Shown here: positions 60,407-64,000 of the stretch, piece after piece | Position numbering within the stretch: the first letter of the stretch is position 1 | How the letters are laid out: the number at the start of each line of letters is the position of its first letter | NCBI GenBank assembly: GCA_964633925.1 | Contig: CAZWKB010000003.1 | Location: 4,598-68,597 of the forward strand | Length of the DNA stretch: 64,000 bases | Direction: 5' to 3' | Origin: an uncultured bacterium | GTDB taxonomy: Bacteria; Margulisbacteria; WOR-1; JAKLHX01 | The notes under the pieces: model-generated | Seen by the model: the letters and a program-made list of their open reading frames with translations, nothing else | What the model was told of the DNA's origin: nothing | Database searches by the model: none | Program-made: the position numbers and the translations under genes

Positions 60407-61038
60407 TGAAAAGACGCTCATCAAGCCATTTTGCAACAAAAGGTGACCTCGGCTATATTCCTTTAGAAGAAGCTATAGAACTGTATGAATTTGCCGACCT
60501 TGAAATAGCAGAGGAAGATGAAGAATTAAAAGAGCAAAGACGATTAATGTTTGATGAAATTGATGAGCTTGCTAAAAAGCATCTTAATACTAAAGAGTTT
60601 TGTATCTACCAATTAGTTATTCACGAAAATAAAAAAACTTCTGAAATAGTTGAAATAATGAACTATAACAGTTGGCGCACAACGCAGAATGCTATTGAAA
60701 GAATATTTAAAATTCTTAAAATTTATTATGATTATTCAAAAATTGATAGGGAAGATTTGGAATATGAGATATCAAGAAATTTTAGCAAGTTTGAACAGAG
60801 AATAGTCAAATACTTAGAAGAGCGTCTTACTATACAGCAGATAAATAATAAGCTTGGCAAAAAAAGATTTTGCTATACGAAAACACATTCTTTAGTTAAA
60901 AACATCATGAGTCGTTTAGATGATATGGGTGGCAGTTGCAGGCAGTTTTATAATTTCTTAGACCAGATTAGGAAGTTTAAAGATTCTTGCAATTTTGATA
61001 ATAGTGACGGTGTCACAATAATAAATAAGGAGGTGTAA
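60406..61038 (+). CDS. Putative transcription regulator with two sigma-region-4/LuxR-like HTH modules
   Basis: FCIYQLVIHENKKTSEIVEIMNYNSWRTTQNAIERIFKIL and FEQRIVKYLEERLTIQQINNKLGKKRFCYTKTHSLVKNIMSRL. Confidence 0.4.
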   Translation: MKRRSSSHFATKGDLGYIPLEEAIELYEFADLEIAEEDEELKEQRRLMFDEIDELAKKHLNTKEFCIYQLVIHENKKTSEIVEIMNYNSWRTTQNAIERIFKILKIYYDYSKIDREDLEYEISRNFSKFEQRIVKYLEERLTIQQINNKLGKKRFCYTKTHSLVKNIMSRLDDMGGSCRQFYNFLDQIRKFKDSCNFDNSDGVTIINKEV

Positions 61039-61040
61039 AA

Positions 61041-61529
61041 ATGGAAAGCAGAATTAGTTGGGACCATTATTTTTTACTTATGGCAAAGGTTGCAGCCACA
61101 AGAGCAACTTGTTTTAGTGACCCAAAAGGGGCAGTCATCGTATCAAACAAGAACATTGTGTCTACCGGATATAACGGTGCTCCGAGTGGTATTAAAGATT
61201 GTAAGTATGGCTACGGTGTCTGTCTTAAAAGGGAAATGGGATTTGAGCATGGAACTGGACATCATGTTTGCAGAGCGTCGCATGCTGAAGCTAATGCAAT
61301 TATTCAGGCAGCTAAAAACGGTATTAGCATCAACGAAGGGACTTTATATTCTACACATAAGCCATGTCATGAATGTGCTAAACTAATAATTAATTCTGGC
61401 ATAAAGAAAGTCGTTTACATTCATGATTATGCCGGAACTGACTGTTTAGAATTGTTTGGCGAAGCCGGAATTAGATGTGTTCATGTTGTCGATTTCGACT
61501 TACAGAAAATGTTAAATCAAATAAAATAA
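61041..61529 (+). CDS. dCMP deaminase (ComEB/Cd-like)
   Basis: HAEANAI and PCHECAKLI zinc-binding motifs, with NGAPSG upstream. Confidence 0.85.
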   Translation: MESRISWDHYFLLMAKVAATRATCFSDPKGAVIVSNKNIVSTGYNGAPSGIKDCKYGYGVCLKREMGFEHGTGHHVCRASHAEANAIIQAAKNGISINEGTLYSTHKPCHECAKLIINSGIKKVVYIHDYAGTDCLELFGEAGIRCVHVVDFDLQKMLNQIK

Positions 61530-61543
61530 TGGAGGGTATTGAA

Positions 61544-62098
61544 ATGAAAAAAGGTTTAATCGTAACTCTAAGTATTATTGGGGCTCTTCTGTTGTCACTG
61601 TTAATTGGTGGTTCTACGCTTTGGTCTCATCGTAATGTTGCAGTAGAGCTTGAGGAAAAAATTGCAGCACAATACAAGGCAAATCAAAACAGCTATGACA
61701 ACATGTGGAAGAAATTTATGGAACTTACACAGGTCACTGAATTGCAGGCGAAGCAAATGAAAGATGTTTATTCTGGTATAATTTCTGGTAGATATCAAGA
61801 CCAAGATTTGCTTTTCAAAATGGTAAAAGAAGATAATCCAAAACTTGATTCTGGAGTTTATACACAGCTTCAAAGACAGATAGAATCTGGTAGAAATTCA
61901 TTTAAAAATGACCAAGATAAAATATTAGATATTGTACGAGAGTATAATTCTAATATACGAAAATGGATTGTAATGTCTGCAATCACCGGCAGGCATAGAA
62001 TGGATGAAAATCAGTTTATTATTACTTCAGATAGAACTGACAAAGCCTTTGAAGATAAAAAGGACGATGTAATAGACTTGACTGGTGGCAAAAAATAA
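61544..62098 (+). CDS. LemA-family membrane protein
   Basis: N-terminal TM helix, then LemA-like helices (ELEEKIAAQY...SYDNMWKKF). ATG 61544 follows GGAGGG; the ORF-track start is 61475. Confidence 0.5.
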   Translation: MKKGLIVTLSIIGALLLSLLIGGSTLWSHRNVAVELEEKIAAQYKANQNSYDNMWKKFMELTQVTELQAKQMKDVYSGIISGRYQDQDLLFKMVKEDNPKLDSGVYTQLQRQIESGRNSFKNDQDKILDIVREYNSNIRKWIVMSAITGRHRMDENQFIITSDRTDKAFEDKKDDVIDLTGGKK

Positions 62099-62110
62099 GG
62101 AGGGTTTGAA

Positions 62111-63178
62111 ATGATATTTATTCCGTTAATAATCTTTCTTGCAATTTTGGTATTCTGTATTATAAAGTTTAATCTAAACTATCAATATGCAATTGTTTTT
62201 GCAGTAATTGCAGTTGTCATTACAGCTGCCACTATATGCATTGACCAATCCGTCCGGACTTCAGATACTGAAGTCTGGTCTGGATATATAACTGATTGGG
62301 ACCATGATGAAGAATATGATGAGACTGTATATGATTATGATGATAAAGGAAATGTAAAAGGTAGTCATACTGTTCATCACGATGCAGAAAATAGAATTAA
62401 AACTTCAGACGGTGGTTGGATTAGCGTATCAAAGGCACCAAATGGTAAGAAGTTTAATGATTTTTGGCCAAATAAAGCTTCTGAACTTAAAGAACTGTGG
62501 CCAGAAGGAACACCTACTGCATCGACTCATACTTATAAAAACAAAGTTCAGGCTTCATATTCTATTTATAGGCATAAAGATATAGATTTGAAACAATATA
62601 AAGACTTACCAAAATATCCGAAAGAAGTATATGACAAGCTTTATATAGATAGGGTAGTTGGTGAGTTTCCAAATGAGTTAGCTGCTAGAAAGCTTTTAGA
62701 TAAATGGAATACTGAACTAAATAAATTTATTCAAGACCCAGAAAAACCAGGTAAAATGCGTTCTTGGAAGCAAGTGAATTTGATTTTTGTCAATGTCGGT
62801 TCCGGAAAACCAATTGAATATGGTTATGCTCTTCAAGATTATTGGGAGGGTGGAAACAAAAACGATTTTGTTGTTTGTGTAAGCATGGAAGAAGATGGTA
62901 GACTTAATTGGGTTTATCCGTTTAGTTGGAGTGAAGTAGAAATTCTGAAATTAGAGACAAGAGATTATATGATGGGTAAAGCAATTATAACAGACCTTTG
63001 CCCAATTGTAGAAGATATATCAAAGCTTGTTGCTGATAAGTTTGAACGTAAGCAATTTGCAGATTATAATTATTTGCAGATTGATACTAGCCTTGCTGCA
63101 ATAATAGTTTTATATATATTGATTGCAGTATTATCTTTCTTTGCAATATGCGCTGCAGTTTCTGAAAATAATTATTGA
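62111..63178 (+). CDS. Membrane protein (two N-terminal TM helices, one C-terminal TM) of unknown function
   Basis: Hydrophobic segments lie at both ends. Immediately follows LemA, as LemA partner genes do in bacteria. Confidence 0.45.
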   Translation: MIFIPLIIFLAILVFCIIKFNLNYQYAIVFAVIAVVITAATICIDQSVRTSDTEVWSGYITDWDHDEEYDETVYDYDDKGNVKGSHTVHHDAENRIKTSDGGWISVSKAPNGKKFNDFWPNKASELKELWPEGTPTASTHTYKNKVQASYSIYRHKDIDLKQYKDLPKYPKEVYDKLYIDRVVGEFPNELAARKLLDKWNTELNKFIQDPEKPGKMRSWKQVNLIFVNVGSGKPIEYGYALQDYWEGGNKNDFVVCVSMEEDGRLNWVYPFSWSEVEILKLETRDYMMGKAIITDLCPIVEDISKLVADKFERKQFADYNYLQIDTSLAAIIVLYILIAVLSFFAICAAVSENNY

Positions 63179-63187
63179 GCTATTATT

Positions 63188-63216
63188 GTTAATTTTTGCT
63201 TCTTTTATGGTATAAT
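63188..63216 (+). promoter_or_regulatory. Promoter (GTTAAT-N17-TATAAT, extended TG)
   Basis: TTGTTAATTTTTGCTTCTTTTATGGTATAATATAAATAGG. Confidence 0.6.
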
Positions 63217-63247
63217 ATAAATAGGACCAAATAAAAGGGGTGGCAAT

Positions 63248-63673
63248 ATGGGTGATGAAGCTGAGTATTTATTCGGCGAATCAATTGATTTACTTGTTGA
63301 AGAAAATATGGCAGTTCATAACTGCGAAAGGAGGTCAAAAATGTCTATTTTAGATAGTCAACGTATGACAAAGTTTAAGGTTGTTGGAGCCACACATCCA
63401 AATCCCGATGGTTCGTCAAGGCAAGAAATTATTTCGCATATGACAAAAAATTCAAAAATAACTTTGGTAAGAGAACCCAGCAATCCTTATGACAAAAACG
63501 CAATTGCAGTACATTCAAATGGTAAGCAAATTGGATATTTAAGTGCTGCTTATGCAGAAACATTTGCTCCGCGTTTGGATGCTGGTAAGAAATTCGAATG
63601 CTATGTAGATACAATAGGGCATCGAAAAACTAAAAAGAAAGAAACTTGGTATGTTACTATTGTAGTTAAGTAA
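63248..63673 (+). CDS. HIRAN-domain protein
   Basis: FKVVGATHPNPDG...LVREPSNPYDKNAIAVHSNGKQIGYLS is the HIRAN signature. An alternative strong start is ATG 63341 (AAGGAGG 6 nt upstream). Confidence 0.65.
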   Translation: MGDEAEYLFGESIDLLVEENMAVHNCERRSKMSILDSQRMTKFKVVGATHPNPDGSSRQEIISHMTKNSKITLVREPSNPYDKNAIAVHSNGKQIGYLSAAYAETFAPRLDAGKKFECYVDTIGHRKTKKKETWYVTIVVK

Positions 63674-63687
63674 AGGCGGTGTCAAAT

Positions 63688-63864
63688 ATGTCAAAAGGTC
63701 CAAGAGTTTTTGTATTCCCAGGCAATGTCCCAATTAAAAAATCATTAGGTATTGTCAGTGACATAATAGATGAAAATATGCCACAAGAAGTAATTGATGA
63801 TTTTTGTGAAAATATGTGCCCAATAACTGGTGAATATTTCCCAGACGATGATGGTGATATGTAG
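63688..63864 (+). CDS. Small hypothetical protein
   Basis: ATG 63688; the ORF-track GTG is 63679. 58 aa with an acidic C-terminus. Confidence 0.35.
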   Translation: MSKGPRVFVFPGNVPIKKSLGIVSDIIDENMPQEVIDDFCENMCPITGEYFPDDDGDM

Positions 63865-63877
63865 AGGAGGTTAAACA

Positions 63878-64000
63878 ATGAAAGTATCAAAATTAATGGA
63901 ACAAGCTAAAAAAATGACTGCAGAGCTTGGCGAAATTGCAGAGGCAATCAAAAGTCATAGCAACATTAAGAATGACAAAGACTGGGAGTCTAAAGCGGCA
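63878..64000 (+). CDS. Hypothetical protein, 3' end beyond the window
   Basis: ATG lies 7 nt after GAGGAGG. Open to the window edge (41 codons). Confidence 0.5.
   Translation, partial: MKVSKLMEQAKKMTAELGEIAEAIKSHSNIKNDKDWESKAA

Noticed and set aside
1-64000. Prophage, integrative element or bacterial defence island
   Set aside because: No integrase, recombinase, att-like tRNA fragment with a proper tRNA 3' half, or bacterial housekeeping flank is visible. Gene content and uniform strand orientation fit a virulent phage genome segment.

Overview
This 64-kb window is a contiguous piece of an AT-rich tailed dsDNA phage genome. It has a contractile tail and Firmicutes-style AGGAGG ribosome-binding sites. 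Every credible gene lies on the + strand; the minus-strand ORFs look like shadow frames. No integrase, CRISPR array or canonical tRNA is visible. nt 1-24,640 is the late module: tail tube (5' truncated), a tail chaperone with a candidate -1 frameshift, tape measure, a P2/T4-like baseplate set (tube-fold protein, LysM gpX, gpD hub, gpV spike, PAAR-like tip, gp25/W, J, I), fibre proteins including a 2,428-aa giant, and a lysis cassette (membrane protein, amidase+glucosaminidase endolysin, LL-H-type holin). nt 24,640-64,000 is an early/middle module. Replication genes: SF2 helicase, DnaC-like loader, DnaB, DnaG, UvrD-like helicase, DnaE-type Pol III alpha, gp32-like SSB candidate and FEN. Recombination genes: RecA, SbcCD and RuvC. 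Transcription factors: a sigma-like protein with an embedded C2H2 finger, a two-HTH regulator and a NusG-like protein. Nucleotide metabolism: ThyX, Tmk, dCMP deaminase and NUDIX. This module is split into short operons by at least 13 copies of one promoter type (GTTAAT-N17-TATAAT, usually with an extended TG) and by clear rho-independent terminators. The most unusual content is a promoter-delimited island at 35.6-42.4 kb. It combines a flavoprotein, an all-alpha NTP pyrophosphatase fused to a HAD nucleotidase, a mini P-loop kinase, an Fe-S aldo/keto reductase, a radical SAM/SPASM enzyme, a divergent ThyX paralogue and a truncated ThyA-fold enzyme with Asp at the base-specificity position. I read this as a candidate DNA pyrimidine replacement/hypermodification pathway that I do not recognise. 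Other notable items are a 22-bp-stem RNA enclosing a tRNA-like acceptor/T-arm in the HU gene leader, a 43-bp intergenic element present in inverted orientation 30.7 kb apart, a 34-bp direct repeat bracketing a small inserted gene, and an iteron-like non-coding region beside the replication genes. All functional calls come from reading motifs by eye; no database search was run.
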